The translations under genes and the position numbers were made by a program. A DNA stretch of 64,000 nt from the NCBI GenBank assembly GCA_035473115.1, contig DATION010000003.1, positions 3,264 through 67,263 of the forward strand, given 5' to 3'. Under the pieces are notes generated by a model, which saw only the letters and a list, made by a program, of their open reading frames with translations, had not been told where the DNA came from and searched no databases. This document shows, piece after piece, positions 27,076 to 37,345 of this stretch (the first letter of the stretch is position 1; each line of letters opens with the position of its first letter). Source of the DNA: Candidatus Udaeobacter sp. (GTDB taxonomy: Bacteria > Patescibacteriota > Patescibacteriia > Magasanikbacterales > GWA2-37-8).

Positions 27076-27198
27076 AGCGCAAGAAGGTAGAGAGTGGGCA
27101 ATAGATACCTTGGTTCACAACCATGGCCGCCTGATCTCACGGTGATCGCAATAAAATTGTTGTTACCGTGAGGGTGGTCATCAAAAATTTAATAATAA

Positions 27199-27228
27199 AA
27201 AGTTTCCTTAATTTAAGGAAACTTTTTA
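27199..27228. terminator. Bidirectional intrinsic terminator.
   Basis: aaaagtttcctta attt aaggaaacttttt. Confidence 0.6.
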
Positions 27229-27247
27229 TTATACAGAAAATTTATAT

Positions 27248-28969
27248 TTAATATTTATCGACAATTATATCTTGTTTATTATTAGTATTTTCTATCCGAA
27301 GATTGCGAAAATTTCCTTCATCACTTCGCCATTCATTGGAAAATCCCCATCCATTCCATTTCCAAACCGCCACATAGTTTCCGGAACAGCTTGATTTTTG
27401 AGAATAGTCTCCTTCCAGTACAACTAGATCTTGTTTATTATCACCATCTATATCCGCAATTTTAAATTCACAATTTGGCGCAGCCAGATTTGAAGATTGC
27501 CAAATAGGTTTCATTATTCCGCTCATAATATCAAAAACAAAAAAATGATTTTTTATACTCGGATCATTTTCTTTGATCCAAAAAGGTTTTGAATTACCAA
27601 AATTACCGGATTTCCAAACTGCCAGATTTATATCGATTATACCGTCATTGTTGGAATCTGCAACAGAAAAATCATCTACCCACCAACCATTGGAGGATTC
27701 CCAAATAGTTTTTCCTTCTTGGGAAATTTTTAGTTTTCCATCCTGCAAAGTAAGTTCTTCCAGTTTACCATCATTGTCTATATCACCTTTTTCTAGTTTT
27801 GGCAGATTATCTTTGTTTGAGGAAGTACTTGTTGTTAATTTTTTAACAGTTTTATCAAACTGGTCCGCTTTTTTATTCCACTCAAAAATTAAACTGTCTG
27901 TGAAGGGAAAATTTATTTTTTCTATAATTTTGGCCGCCTCGTTGTTTTCTAAAAGTTTTGGCTGAGAAAGGTCTTCTATCGAAATTGGAAAAGGCAAGAT
28001 TAGACTGACTCCGGTTTTATCAAAAAATATTTTGACAGCCAAACCCTGCTTGGTTTCGGCAGGTTGAGTTTGATCAAAAACAAAATTTCCTAAACTATAT
28101 AAAATATATTTTCCCTTATATTTTTCTATAGATTGAATAACGTGGGGATGATGGCCAATAATTAATTCTGCTCCGGCATCAATAGCTTTATGGGCAAAAT
28201 TGGTTTGTGACTTATTTGGTTTAGTGGTGTATTCTTTGCCGGCATGCATAGAAATAATTACAAAATCAGCTTTTTGTTTGGCTTGTTTTATGGCTTCCAC
28301 CATTTTTTCGCTGCGCATAAAAGCTGTTCCGGCTCTATTTTTAGCTGCTTCGTAGTATGGAGGCACAACATCTGTGTCGTTATAAGCAAGAAAAGCAAAT
28401 GTGATTCCTTGGCGGGTTATATAAACAGGTTGGTTAGCTTCAATTGAATTTTGTCCGGCGCCTATATGTAGAATTCCTGCGCTATCTAAATAGCTTATAG
28501 TGTCAATAATCCCTTGTTCGCCAAAATTTGGCGTGTGGTTATTGGCTAGAGATACAATATCAAAACCAGAATTTTTGAGAGCGTTTTCTACTCCCGGATT
28601 GGCACGAAGCGTCATTTCGTATGGCATGATGATTGGTCCGGATGTAATAGGATTTTCCAAGTTACCAAAAGTTATATCCGCTTCCTTGAGGAAATTACTA
28701 ATTTTCAAAAATGGATAATTAATATCATTACGATACTTTATTTTACTAGCCACAGTTCTGGAAAGCATAATATCACCCACCGCAATTAAAGAAACTTCCC
28801 CAGTTGTTTGCGGAAGCTTCTTTTTTTCTGAGATAAAATCTGAAAAATTTTCAACTGTTTGTAGTTGATTCTTTACAGATTTTTTCTTAGTTACGGGAAA
28901 GTAATTAAGAGTAATGGCCGCCGCCAAAGAAAGAAAAAATAATGTTGGCCAAATAATTCTCTTGTGCAT
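27248..28969 (-). CDS. CapA/PgsA-family metallophosphatase with a C-terminal FG-GAP/VCBS-like repeat region.
   Basis: CapA motifs GDIMLSR, GNLENP and GHHPHV. The C-terminus carries DIDNDGKLEEL, DSNNDGIIDI and DIDGDNKQDLVV repeats. Confidence 0.8.
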   Translation of the reverse strand: MHKRIIWPTLFFLSLAAAITLNYFPVTKKKSVKNQLQTVENFSDFISEKKKLPQTTGEVSLIAVGDIMLSRTVASKIKYRNDINYPFLKISNFLKEADITFGNLENPITSGPIIMPYEMTLRANPGVENALKNSGFDIVSLANNHTPNFGEQGIIDTISYLDSAGILHIGAGQNSIEANQPVYITRQGITFAFLAYNDTDVVPPYYEAAKNRAGTAFMRSEKMVEAIKQAKQKADFVIISMHAGKEYTTKPNKSQTNFAHKAIDAGAELIIGHHPHVIQSIEKYKGKYILYSLGNFVFDQTQPAETKQGLAVKIFFDKTGVSLILPFPISIEDLSQPKLLENNEAAKIIEKINFPFTDSLIFEWNKKADQFDKTVKKLTTSTSSNKDNLPKLEKGDIDNDGKLEELTLQDGKLKISQEGKTIWESSNGWWVDDFSVADSNNDGIIDINLAVWKSGNFGNSKPFWIKENDPSIKNHFFVFDIMSGIMKPIWQSSNLAAPNCEFKIADIDGDNKQDLVVLEGDYSQKSSCSGNYVAVWKWNGWGFSNEWRSDEGNFRNLRIENTNNKQDIIVDKY

Positions 28970-31186
28970 TTATTTTGTTATAAATGTATTCGTCCAGTCT
29001 GGCATTTCCGGAGTTGGGCGAGAGTTAAGAATTTCTCGCCATTTTTTGTCGGTTAATCTGTCTGACATTGGCCAGGTAAATTCATAATATGAGTAAACTC
29101 CACCTTTTGCAATTCGTAATTTTCCATCAATTGGAACCACTACATAAATTTCAGCGATATTGCCAGTAGCTTCTTCCAAAACTTTTCCATTAGGATCAGT
29201 CGCCACATCAGCTATTAAAGCGGCCGGATTTTTATCTAAATAATCCCTTTGGCTGGTTGATTCTTTAAAAGCCGGTTCGTCTTTGTTGACTTCAAGCCAA
29301 AAATGTTCCAACTGACCGCCGTAGGAACGAATAAGTTCGTATTCCTGGTCGGTTAGTTTTTTATTATCTAATTCTTTTTCAGAGATTGTTTTAAGAGACA
29401 TGGCCAGCTCTTCCATTTTGTTGAGACTTTCTTTCATTGTAGGAGTGAGCAAGTTTCTTGTTTGTAAAATTTGATTGGTCATTTTAAGCAGCGAAGCAAG
29501 GCGGGCATAAACGTTCGGGTTTGGTTCCACATATCCGCGATCATCTTTTTGTTCCGGACCGCCGCCGCCTAATTCAGCATATACCTGTTTTGCATACAGG
29601 ATCGTATCATGTTTTAATTCTGTCCAGCTTCCCAAAAAAGTGTTAATTTCTTTTCTGGCCCAAGCGGTATTTTGCATGAAAGTCGGGTAGCCAGATGTTT
29701 TTATAGTTATTAATGGCTGCAATGAATAAAGCCAGCCCCAATAAAGATTTTGTGTCCAAGTTGTTGTTGGCAGGTTGGAAAAGTAGGCTTGTATTTTAGA
29801 CATGTTTTCCGGATAGCAAGCATACTCGGTTTCTCCTTGATCTTGTAAAATGTTAAAAGCTTCTTTTGATCCCATGGCTGCTGGGATATCTAGGCTTTTT
29901 GGCAGCATTCTTCCTTTGTCAAATGGAGCTTTTGAGCAAGAATCGCCTTTAGGGCCAACTTCTCTGGTAACTAATCTTTGGAAAATAGCAGCGTCAATGG
30001 TAAATCTTTGGCCCATAAACCGGAAGCCTTTAATTTCTTTTTCTCGGTCTGGTTGGATTGATGCGTTAAAAATTGGCATGGAGTTTATTTGCGGCGGCTC
30101 TAAGGTTTTTGTTTCGGCAACAAACAAATTAAATTTATTTTTATCATTTGATACTAATTGAACGGTGGCATTTTGGCCATAAATTTTTTCAACCAGATCC
30201 TTAAATTGGTAGTAAGTTATATCATCGCTTTTACCAACAAAAAAGTTGATTGGTTCATAAAGTTTATTCCAGCTAATTTGATCATTGCTTTTATTTAAAG
30301 CTAGAGTAATTAAAATTCCAGATTTAATTTCGTCTTCATTTTTTAATCGAAAAGTTAATCGGCCGTACCACATCATTGATTTGAAATAAGCCTTTAATTG
30401 TTCGGTTTTATCATAATGTCCTCTGGCTACATATTGTGAATAATCTTCTTTGAATGCATCGGTCCCCAACATTCCTTGAGGAGTATCCAGAACTACACCT
30501 CGTGTTCCGCCAATATTCATAACCGGAGATTCTTTAATTCCTGCATGAGCTTCGATCAGACTCAGCTCTTGCGCAACTTCGTCTTTGACAGGTGAAGGAA
30601 TTTTAATTGATGAATCAAGAAGTTTACTGCCTACAGCAAAAAATCCCAGATTTCTTTTGGCGGCATTTTCCCATTGCGTTCCTTTTAAGTCATTGTATTG
30701 TTTGGCAGCTTCGGTCAACATATTGGCATTAAGCTTTTTTAATTCGGCAGTTAGCTTTTCTTCTTCCAGTTTTTTTAATAAATAATCAAACATCAAATGG
30801 TAATTGTGCAGCATTGAATCGGTTGTGATAAAACTTGGTATGTAAGAATAACGATTTGATTCGTATAGAGGGTAAAATTCTTTCTGGTATCCAGGATTAA
30901 CCACAAAATTGTTTTTTACAAGCAAATTTTTGGATTCGTCAGATAAATTATTAAAGTCGGCTGCGTTTACTATATTGGTCAGATCTGGGTGCGCAGAAGA
31001 TGTTGGTATTTTAGAGTTAATTTCTTCCACAGCCCCTTGATTATTAGCAGTAGTTGAAGCGGGAAAATTAGTTGCAGGATAAGTATCGCCCGCAATTTTT
31101 AGAAGTTTGTTTTGGGAAAAAATCAGATAACTTGCAAAGCCAATAATTAAAATAGGAAACAGTACTAGAAAAAAATATTTTTTCAT
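28970..31186 (-). CDS. Large exported protein of unknown function, possibly DUF3160-like.
   Basis: 738 aa with a signal anchor. It is co-directional with and immediately adjacent to the capA-like gene. Confidence 0.45.
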   Translation of the reverse strand: MKKYFFLVLFPILIIGFASYLIFSQNKLLKIAGDTYPATNFPASTTANNQGAVEEINSKIPTSSAHPDLTNIVNAADFNNLSDESKNLLVKNNFVVNPGYQKEFYPLYESNRYSYIPSFITTDSMLHNYHLMFDYLLKKLEEEKLTAELKKLNANMLTEAAKQYNDLKGTQWENAAKRNLGFFAVGSKLLDSSIKIPSPVKDEVAQELSLIEAHAGIKESPVMNIGGTRGVVLDTPQGMLGTDAFKEDYSQYVARGHYDKTEQLKAYFKSMMWYGRLTFRLKNEDEIKSGILITLALNKSNDQISWNKLYEPINFFVGKSDDITYYQFKDLVEKIYGQNATVQLVSNDKNKFNLFVAETKTLEPPQINSMPIFNASIQPDREKEIKGFRFMGQRFTIDAAIFQRLVTREVGPKGDSCSKAPFDKGRMLPKSLDIPAAMGSKEAFNILQDQGETEYACYPENMSKIQAYFSNLPTTTWTQNLYWGWLYSLQPLITIKTSGYPTFMQNTAWARKEINTFLGSWTELKHDTILYAKQVYAELGGGGPEQKDDRGYVEPNPNVYARLASLLKMTNQILQTRNLLTPTMKESLNKMEELAMSLKTISEKELDNKKLTDQEYELIRSYGGQLEHFWLEVNKDEPAFKESTSQRDYLDKNPAALIADVATDPNGKVLEEATGNIAEIYVVVPIDGKLRIAKGGVYSYYEFTWPMSDRLTDKKWREILNSRPTPEMPDWTNTFITK

Positions 31187-31199
31187 ATTTTAGGTTAAT

Positions 31200-31997
31200 T
31201 TATTTTATTAAAAAATAAGATAGAATTAAAATTCCTAGTATTATTCGGTAATAACCAAACGGAATGAAATTTTTGCTTTGAATATATTTTATAAAAATAG
31301 CAATTACCGCCCAGGCAACCAAAAATGATGTTAAAAATCCTGTCAGCAAAACTAAGCCCTGGGTAATATTTATATCTAACCCGCTTTTCAGTAACGCATA
31401 TCCGGAAGCGGCAAACATTGTTGGTATAGCCAGAAAAAAAGAAAATTCAGTTGCCACGACTCGGGAAGCGCCCAGCAGCATGGCGCCAATAATAGTGGCT
31501 CCGGAGCGGGACATGCCTGGGATCATGGCTAAACATTGAATTAAGCCAATAGTAAAAGCCGTTTTATAACTTAATTGGCTCAAAGAGTTTATTTTAAAAT
31601 TCAGTTTTCTTCTTTCTATAATAACAAAAGCGATGCCGCCAGCTATTAAAGTTATGGCTACTACAATAGGATTAAATAATTTGGCTTCGATTATTTTACC
31701 CAGAAAAAAACCAATTACAATCGCCGGTAAAACCCCAACGATCGCTCTTGTCCAAATATCAAATACTTCTTTTTTATTTTCGTCTTTGCCAAACGGCCAG
31801 ATGCGATGCCAAAAATAAACTACCACAGCCAAAATAGATCCAAGTTGAATTACGACATCAAACAGTTCGGTAAAATGCTTGTCAAAGGCCAGCCACTGGT
31901 TTACTATTATCAAATGACCTGTAGAAGAAATAGGTAGGAATTCGGTAATCCCTTCGACTGCTCCCAAAACGATAGCTTTGATAAATTCAAATAGCAT
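31200..31997 (-). CDS. uppP: Undecaprenyl-diphosphatase.
   Basis: AVEGITEFLPISSTGHL and the BacA/UppP pattern PGMSRSGATI. Confidence 0.9.
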   Translation of the reverse strand: MLFEFIKAIVLGAVEGITEFLPISSTGHLIIVNQWLAFDKHFTELFDVVIQLGSILAVVVYFWHRIWPFGKDENKKEVFDIWTRAIVGVLPAIVIGFFLGKIIEAKLFNPIVVAITLIAGGIAFVIIERRKLNFKINSLSQLSYKTAFTIGLIQCLAMIPGMSRSGATIIGAMLLGASRVVATEFSFFLAIPTMFAASGYALLKSGLDINITQGLVLLTGFLTSFLVAWAVIAIFIKYIQSKNFIPFGYYRIILGILILSYFLIK

Positions 31998-32055
31998 AAT
32001 AAACTTAGTAAATTACAGGCTTATTATAACCTAAGCTAATACTTTAATCCATTGT

Positions 32056-32676
32056 ATGTCCTCAAAAAAAGCAATCATTCATTTAAAGTCGGTTGATCCG
32101 GTTTTGGGAAAGTTATTTGATAAGTTGCCGTTAAGAAAATTACATCCCCACACCAATTATTTTCAGTCTTTAACCGAAGCGATTATTGGTCAGCAGCTTT
32201 CTGTTAAGGCGGCGGATACCATTATTGGCCGGTTTCGTAGTTTATTTAAGAGCGAAGAATTTCCTTCCCCTAAACAGATTTTGGCTAAAAGTGATAGGCA
32301 TTTGCGTTCAGCTGGTATGTCCTGGTCCAAAGCCAGTTATGTTAAAAATTTAGCCAAAGCAACGCAAGAGAGGGTAGTTAATTTTAAAGATTTGGAAAAA
32401 TTAAAAGATGAAGAAATTATTGAAATGCTGGTTAAGGTAAAAGGTGTTGGCCGCTGGACAGCGGAAATGTTTTTGATTTTTTCTTTGGGTCGGCCGGATA
32501 TATTTTCTCCAGGTGATTTGGGCTTGCGCAATGCAATTAAAAAATTATATGGCTTACGACAAGATCCTTCGCCAAAGAAATTACATAAAATATCTTCACG
32601 CTGGCAGCCGTACCGAACTTACGCTTCATTGTACTTATGGGCGAGTCTGGATAATACTAATAGACAAAAGAGTTAG
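32056..32676 (+). CDS. HhH-GPD DNA glycosylase (AlkA-like 3-methyladenine glycosylase II).
   Basis: HhH motif VKGVGRWTAEMFLIF plus a catalytic Asp within PGDLGLRNA. Confidence 0.85.
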   Translation: MSSKKAIIHLKSVDPVLGKLFDKLPLRKLHPHTNYFQSLTEAIIGQQLSVKAADTIIGRFRSLFKSEEFPSPKQILAKSDRHLRSAGMSWSKASYVKNLAKATQERVVNFKDLEKLKDEEIIEMLVKVKGVGRWTAEMFLIFSLGRPDIFSPGDLGLRNAIKKLYGLRQDPSPKKLHKISSRWQPYRTYASLYLWASLDNTNRQKS

Positions 32677-32718
32677 TTTTCGTTAGAATTAGCTTGTTAA
32701 TCCATTAATTAAATTTTT

Positions 32719-33315
32719 ATGAATAAAAAATATTTGGCCGAGTTTATCGGAACTTTTGCTCTGTCTCTTGTTGTCTTAATGGCTGTGGTTTCTACAAAAA
32801 GTTTACCGTTGGCTGTGCCACTGATTGCTGGACTAACTCTAAGTTTATTTGTTTATTCTATTGGCTCAATTTCCGGCTGTCATATTAATCCGTCAGTTAC
32901 TTTGGCGCAATTGTCAGTTAAGAAAATTTCTTTAAAAGAGGCGGTTATTTATATAGTTATTCAATTTTTGGGAGCTTTACTGGCTATGGCTGTAGCCAAG
33001 ATTTTTGTGATTGTAAATCCGATGACTGGAACGATGTTTAGCGGCAAAGTTTTTTTGGCTGAAATGTTGGGAGCATTTTTCTTTAATTTTGGCATTGCTT
33101 CGGTGGTTTATGGCAAAGCCAAAGAACAGATGTCTGGACTTGTGGTCGGCGGTTCGTTGGTTTTAGGAGTTTTAATTGCATCACTAGCTGGCGCAGCCGG
33201 AATACTTAATCCAGCAGTAGCCTTGGTTTTAAATTCGTTTAACTTTGTTTATCTTTTTGCGCCAATTGTTGGCGCAGTGCTTGGATTTCAGGTTTATAGG
33301 TTTATTGCCGAATAG
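32719..33315 (+). CDS. MIP/aquaporin-family channel; the protein is short for the family.
   Basis: First motif GCHINPSVT, an NPS variant; second motif GILNPAVA. Six transmembrane segments. Confidence 0.7.
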   Translation: MNKKYLAEFIGTFALSLVVLMAVVSTKSLPLAVPLIAGLTLSLFVYSIGSISGCHINPSVTLAQLSVKKISLKEAVIYIVIQFLGALLAMAVAKIFVIVNPMTGTMFSGKVFLAEMLGAFFFNFGIASVVYGKAKEQMSGLVVGGSLVLGVLIASLAGAAGILNPAVALVLNSFNFVYLFAPIVGAVLGFQVYRFIAE

Positions 33316-33328
33316 ATTGATTATATAT

Positions 33329-33414
33329 GGAGAGGTGTCTGAGTGGTCGAAAGTGCCGCTCTCGAAAAGCGGTAGGGTTTATAGCCCTCGTGGGTTCGAC
33401 TCCCACCCTCTCCG
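33329..33414 (+). tRNA. tRNA-Ser with anticodon CGA; type II, with no encoded CCA tail.
   Basis: Acceptor stem GGAGAGG / CCTCTCC. Anticodon arm ccgct CTCGAAA agcgg. Long variable arm. T-arm gtggg ttcgact cccac. Confidence 0.85.
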
Positions 33415-33487
33415 CAGCGTAATAAAATAAAGCGAGGAAGAAGAATGACCAAACTGCTTGAATAGACTATTTACAATGGTTAAATTT

Positions 33488-34447
33488 ATGAAAAAACTCC
33501 TATTATTTTTCCCAATCATTTTTTTAAGCGGTTGTTCTATAGTTAATCAGTCGCCAGCTTCAATTTCTGTAATATCTGCTGTGTCCAGTAGTAGCCCGAA
33601 AATTTATCAGAATACAACTTTAGGTTTTAAGCTTACTTTCCCTAATCAATCTTGGCATACAGAACAGGGAAACGATCCGCATTTTTATGAGAGTGAAACC
33701 TGTTTGCAAACGGAGCAGTCTGACTGTGCCGCTTTGGAAGTACAAAATCATGATAGTGAATTTGGGCAAGGGGCGGAAGCAGCTTTTAAAGTTTTGCAGA
33801 TCGATGGCAAGGAGCCTGTTAAGTTAAATTCTTTAATACCGACAGCTGTTGTGATAAAATCAATCGCTCCTGAAGGGGCCAAAGCTTGGGGTTGGGAGTA
33901 TGATATATTTTTTTCTGCAGCCAAAAAAAGATTTTTGATATTTACCAATGATGCTGCTTTGGAGCAAAGTGTGCTACCGACTTTCTCAATAACTTCCACC
34001 CAGTCAGCAGGAGTTATTGTTCAAGATTCAATTCGCGCTTACGAAAAAGGTATTACCAGTCAAACATATATAGATGCTAAGGAAGATTTGGAATATAATG
34101 ATACCGTGAAAAATTTTGGATTAGATATTATGTATGCGGATGTAACTCAAGATGGCAAAGAAGAAGCTTTAGTTTCTATTCCTTCAGGCGGAACAAACGG
34201 AATTATTGCTGTTTTGGTCTATGGTTTAGATGGTAATAAAGTAAAACTTTTGCAGCGAATTGATGGCTACAAAATGGTAGTTAAGCCTGCTGGCGGAAAA
34301 TTACGAATTTATGAGTCTGACAGAGATCGGCAAGATTCCTCTAATATTTTTATGCTGGATTATAGCTGGAATGGAAAATCTTTTGATTTAAAATCAAGAA
34401 CTCAAGTGCCTAACCCGGTTGACAATAAAAGTCTGTTAATGAATTAA
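33488..34447 (+). CDS. Hypothetical lipoprotein.
   Basis: Lipobox FLSGC; the start was set at the internal Met MKKLLLFF. No recognisable domain. Confidence 0.5.
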   Translation: MKKLLLFFPIIFLSGCSIVNQSPASISVISAVSSSSPKIYQNTTLGFKLTFPNQSWHTEQGNDPHFYESETCLQTEQSDCAALEVQNHDSEFGQGAEAAFKVLQIDGKEPVKLNSLIPTAVVIKSIAPEGAKAWGWEYDIFFSAAKKRFLIFTNDAALEQSVLPTFSITSTQSAGVIVQDSIRAYEKGITSQTYIDAKEDLEYNDTVKNFGLDIMYADVTQDGKEEALVSIPSGGTNGIIAVLVYGLDGNKVKLLQRIDGYKMVVKPAGGKLRIYESDRDRQDSSNIFMLDYSWNGKSFDLKSRTQVPNPVDNKSLLMN

Positions 34448-34524
34448 TAATTTTATCTCCACAAAAGCTTTTTAATCTGTTATACTTAAATTATATAGCT
34501 TTTATTAACTTAATTCATTTAACT

Positions 34525-34962
34525 ATGAAAAAAGCCTTTATTACGCTTGCCGTTCTTCTCACACTAGCAGTTGCAGCTCCGGTTTTAGCTGCCGACACTA
34601 TGACTCCGGCTGCAACCACAAATGGAACTGGAATGGGAGAAACACCTAGCGCCAGCGCAGTTATCAAAAAACAGCAGGCTGTTGTAAACAAGAAAGCGCC
34701 AGCAATGACCAAACAAGAAAAGGCGAATAAAGATGCCATGCTCAAGAAACAGGAAGCTCAAAAGAGAACTATGGAAAAGCAGGCTATGGCAGCAAAAAAA
34801 CAAGAGAAAGCAAAAAGTAATACAGCGGTAAAAGCACCAAAACAAACAGTAGAGCCGATAGCGAAGAAAAAACCAGTAGTTATAAGAAAGAAAACGATGA
34901 TAAGTATTGAAAAAAAGGAATCTTTAAAACAAGACGGAAAAACTCCAGTAGAGATTAGGTAG
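34525..34962 (+). CDS. Secreted Lys/Ala/Gln-rich low-complexity protein.
   Basis: Signal peptide with a VLAAD cleavage site, followed by a highly basic K-rich repetitive region. Confidence 0.45.
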   Translation: MKKAFITLAVLLTLAVAAPVLAADTMTPAATTNGTGMGETPSASAVIKKQQAVVNKKAPAMTKQEKANKDAMLKKQEAQKRTMEKQAMAAKKQEKAKSNTAVKAPKQTVEPIAKKKPVVIRKKTMISIEKKESLKQDGKTPVEIR

Positions 34963-34974
34963 TAAATTTAACGT

Positions 34975-36747
34975 ATGTTAGTTTTAGCCGGCTTTGCTTT
35001 TTTGTCTGGTTTGGTTACGATTTTAGCGCCATGTATTTGGCCTTTATTACCAATTGTTTTATCTTCAGCCGTGGCTGGCGGCGGGAAACGTCGTCCGCTT
35101 GGCATTACTCTAGGTTTGGTAATTAGTTTCAGTATTGCCACTCTGGCTTTATCCGCTTTGGTAAAATTATTTAATTTTGATCCAAATTATTTGCGTTTAG
35201 TGGCCGTAATTATATTGGCTATTCTTGGATTAGTGATGATCTTTCCATTTTTATCTCGTTATTTGGAATTAGGTATTAGCCGCTTGAGCAGCTATTGGGG
35301 TCGGCGAGGGCAAAATGTTAGCAGTGGTTTTTGGGCTGGGTTTATTACCGGACTTTCTTTGGGTATTGTTTGGGCGCCTTGCGCGGGGCCAATTTTGGCA
35401 GCCGTAGCGACTCTGAGTATTACGGGCAAAGTAAGCTGGTCAGTGGCCGTGGTAACAATTGCCTATGCCTTAGGGACTGGCTTGCCGCTTTTTGTGATTG
35501 CTACTGGCGGACAAAAAATAATCGGCAGTGTCAGATTTTTTTCAAAGTATACCGGACGAATTCAGCAGATTTTTGGAGTTATTTTAATTCTTTCTGCTTT
35601 GGCTATTTATTCAAATTATGACAAATTAATCGAGCTTAGTCTGCTGGATCGTTTTCCGGCTTTATCTCAATCAATTAGAGGTTTTGAAGATAATCAAGCT
35701 GTCACCGATGCTTTAAATAAACTTAGGCAACCAAATTCAAATAGTAATACATCAGCTGGTTCAACCTCTTCTTTGTCGGCAATTCCTACGGAAATGTCTT
35801 ATCTATTTAATGTAAATTATCCTGCTCCAGAAATTGCCGGAATTTCTAATTGGCTCAATCCAAACAGCCCGGTCACCATTAAAAGTTTGCGCGGCAAAGT
35901 AGTGCTGGTAGATTTTTGGACTTATTCTTGCATAAATTGTATTCGTACTTTGCCTTTTGTTACCAGTTGGTATGATAAATACAAAGATCAAGGATTGGTA
36001 GTTTTGGGAATCCATACTCCTGAATTTGAGTTTGAAAAAGATGCAGGCAATGTAGCCAAAGCTATCAGGCAATTCAAGATTCACTATCCTGTTGCTCAGG
36101 ATAATACCTATGGAACTTGGGAAGCTTTTAATAATCAGTATTGGCCAGCAGAGTATTTGATTGATGCCGAAGGCAATGTACGGCGGACTCATTTTGGCGA
36201 GGGTGAATATGATCAAATGGAAAAAGCAATCCAAGTGCTTTTGGTTCAAACTGGCAAAACAGTTAGTGATTCACTGGCTAGTATGCCAGATCAGACGCCG
36301 ACCGAAGCAACTTCTCCGGAGAGCTATTTGGGAGCAGAGCGGGCTCAATATTTTTATCCGGATCGAGTGTTATATGTAGGCAGCAAGGTTTTTTCACTGC
36401 CCGATAGTCAACCAGTTAATTCGTTTAGTTTTGGCGGTAGTTGGAAAATTGAGCCAACTAGTGCGGTTGCCAGTGCTGGCGCCAGTTTGGTTTATCATTT
36501 TCAAGCTGATAAAGTTTATTTAGTTTTAAACCCTCCTCGAGGCGGAAGCGGCAAAGTCAAAGTTTATTTAGATGGAAAATTAGTAGATAGTAAAAATGCC
36601 GGCGTAGATGTAAAAAATGGCGTAATGATGATTGATTCAGATCGTTTATATAACTTAGTTGATTTACATGGGTTTAATGGAGAGCATGTTTTAAGATTAG
36701 AATTTGAAACTCCGGGTATTGAGGCCTTTGCCTTTACCTTTGGTTGA
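34975..36747 (+). CDS. Fusion of a CcdA/DsbD-family thiol-disulfide transporter with a TlpA-like thioredoxin domain.
   Basis: Transmembrane Cys pair in LAPCIWP and WAPCAGP. The thioredoxin domain carries WTYSCINC (CxxC). A C-terminal beta-rich domain follows. Confidence 0.8.
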   Translation: MLVLAGFAFLSGLVTILAPCIWPLLPIVLSSAVAGGGKRRPLGITLGLVISFSIATLALSALVKLFNFDPNYLRLVAVIILAILGLVMIFPFLSRYLELGISRLSSYWGRRGQNVSSGFWAGFITGLSLGIVWAPCAGPILAAVATLSITGKVSWSVAVVTIAYALGTGLPLFVIATGGQKIIGSVRFFSKYTGRIQQIFGVILILSALAIYSNYDKLIELSLLDRFPALSQSIRGFEDNQAVTDALNKLRQPNSNSNTSAGSTSSLSAIPTEMSYLFNVNYPAPEIAGISNWLNPNSPVTIKSLRGKVVLVDFWTYSCINCIRTLPFVTSWYDKYKDQGLVVLGIHTPEFEFEKDAGNVAKAIRQFKIHYPVAQDNTYGTWEAFNNQYWPAEYLIDAEGNVRRTHFGEGEYDQMEKAIQVLLVQTGKTVSDSLASMPDQTPTEATSPESYLGAERAQYFYPDRVLYVGSKVFSLPDSQPVNSFSFGGSWKIEPTSAVASAGASLVYHFQADKVYLVLNPPRGGSGKVKVYLDGKLVDSKNAGVDVKNGVMMIDSDRLYNLVDLHGFNGEHVLRLEFETPGIEAFAFTFG

Positions 36748-36759
36748 TTTTTACCACCC

Positions 36760-37305
36760 TTGACAAATGTCTTAAAATTAGTTAAGCTGCTTAAGCAATT
36801 TGTCTGGTTTATGATGCAAAAAAATATTTCAGAAAAAACGTTTAAACGGCTTATCATCCAAGGCTACGGCCGTTATGCCGCGAGTGAGCTCGCTGGTTTT
36901 TGGTTGGGTTTACGTTTTCCTTACGTTGCTTGTGGTTTACTAGCAGCCGTAGGGGTTTATTTAATTAATATTCCAACTCTTTTTGTCCTCATGGTAGTTG
37001 CTTTTTTAGGTATTTTTCTTAGTTACCACCCGTTTGATTATGGGTATAATTACTTTTTAAGATACTTGTTTAAGTCGCCAAAGTTACCGCCTCGTTCAGC
37101 GCAAATTAAATTTGCTTGCGGTATAGCTACTGGTTTGTTGGGAGCAACTATATTTTTATTTTGGCAAGGTTTTATCGCTACGGGGATTATCTTAGGGAGC
37201 GTGATGATTTTTTCTGCCATTTTAGTGACTATTACTGATATCTGTATTCCCTCAATGATTTATAATTGGTTGCATAGGAACAAATTGTCTGAACAGATTT
37301 GTTAA
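36760..37305 (+). CDS. Hypothetical membrane protein.
   Basis: 181 aa with four or five transmembrane segments. Confidence 0.45.
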   Translation: MTNVLKLVKLLKQFVWFMMQKNISEKTFKRLIIQGYGRYAASELAGFWLGLRFPYVACGLLAAVGVYLINIPTLFVLMVVAFLGIFLSYHPFDYGYNYFLRYLFKSPKLPPRSAQIKFACGIATGLLGATIFLFWQGFIATGIILGSVMIFSAILVTITDICIPSMIYNWLHRNKLSEQIC

Positions 37306-37345
37306 GTTTAGGATCCTGTTTTGCTTTGAATAAAATAAGTTTTAT

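Noticed and set aside
33245-33430. 61 aa ORF at 33245..33430.
   Set aside because: It lies entirely within the end of the MIP gene and tRNA-Ser(CGA).
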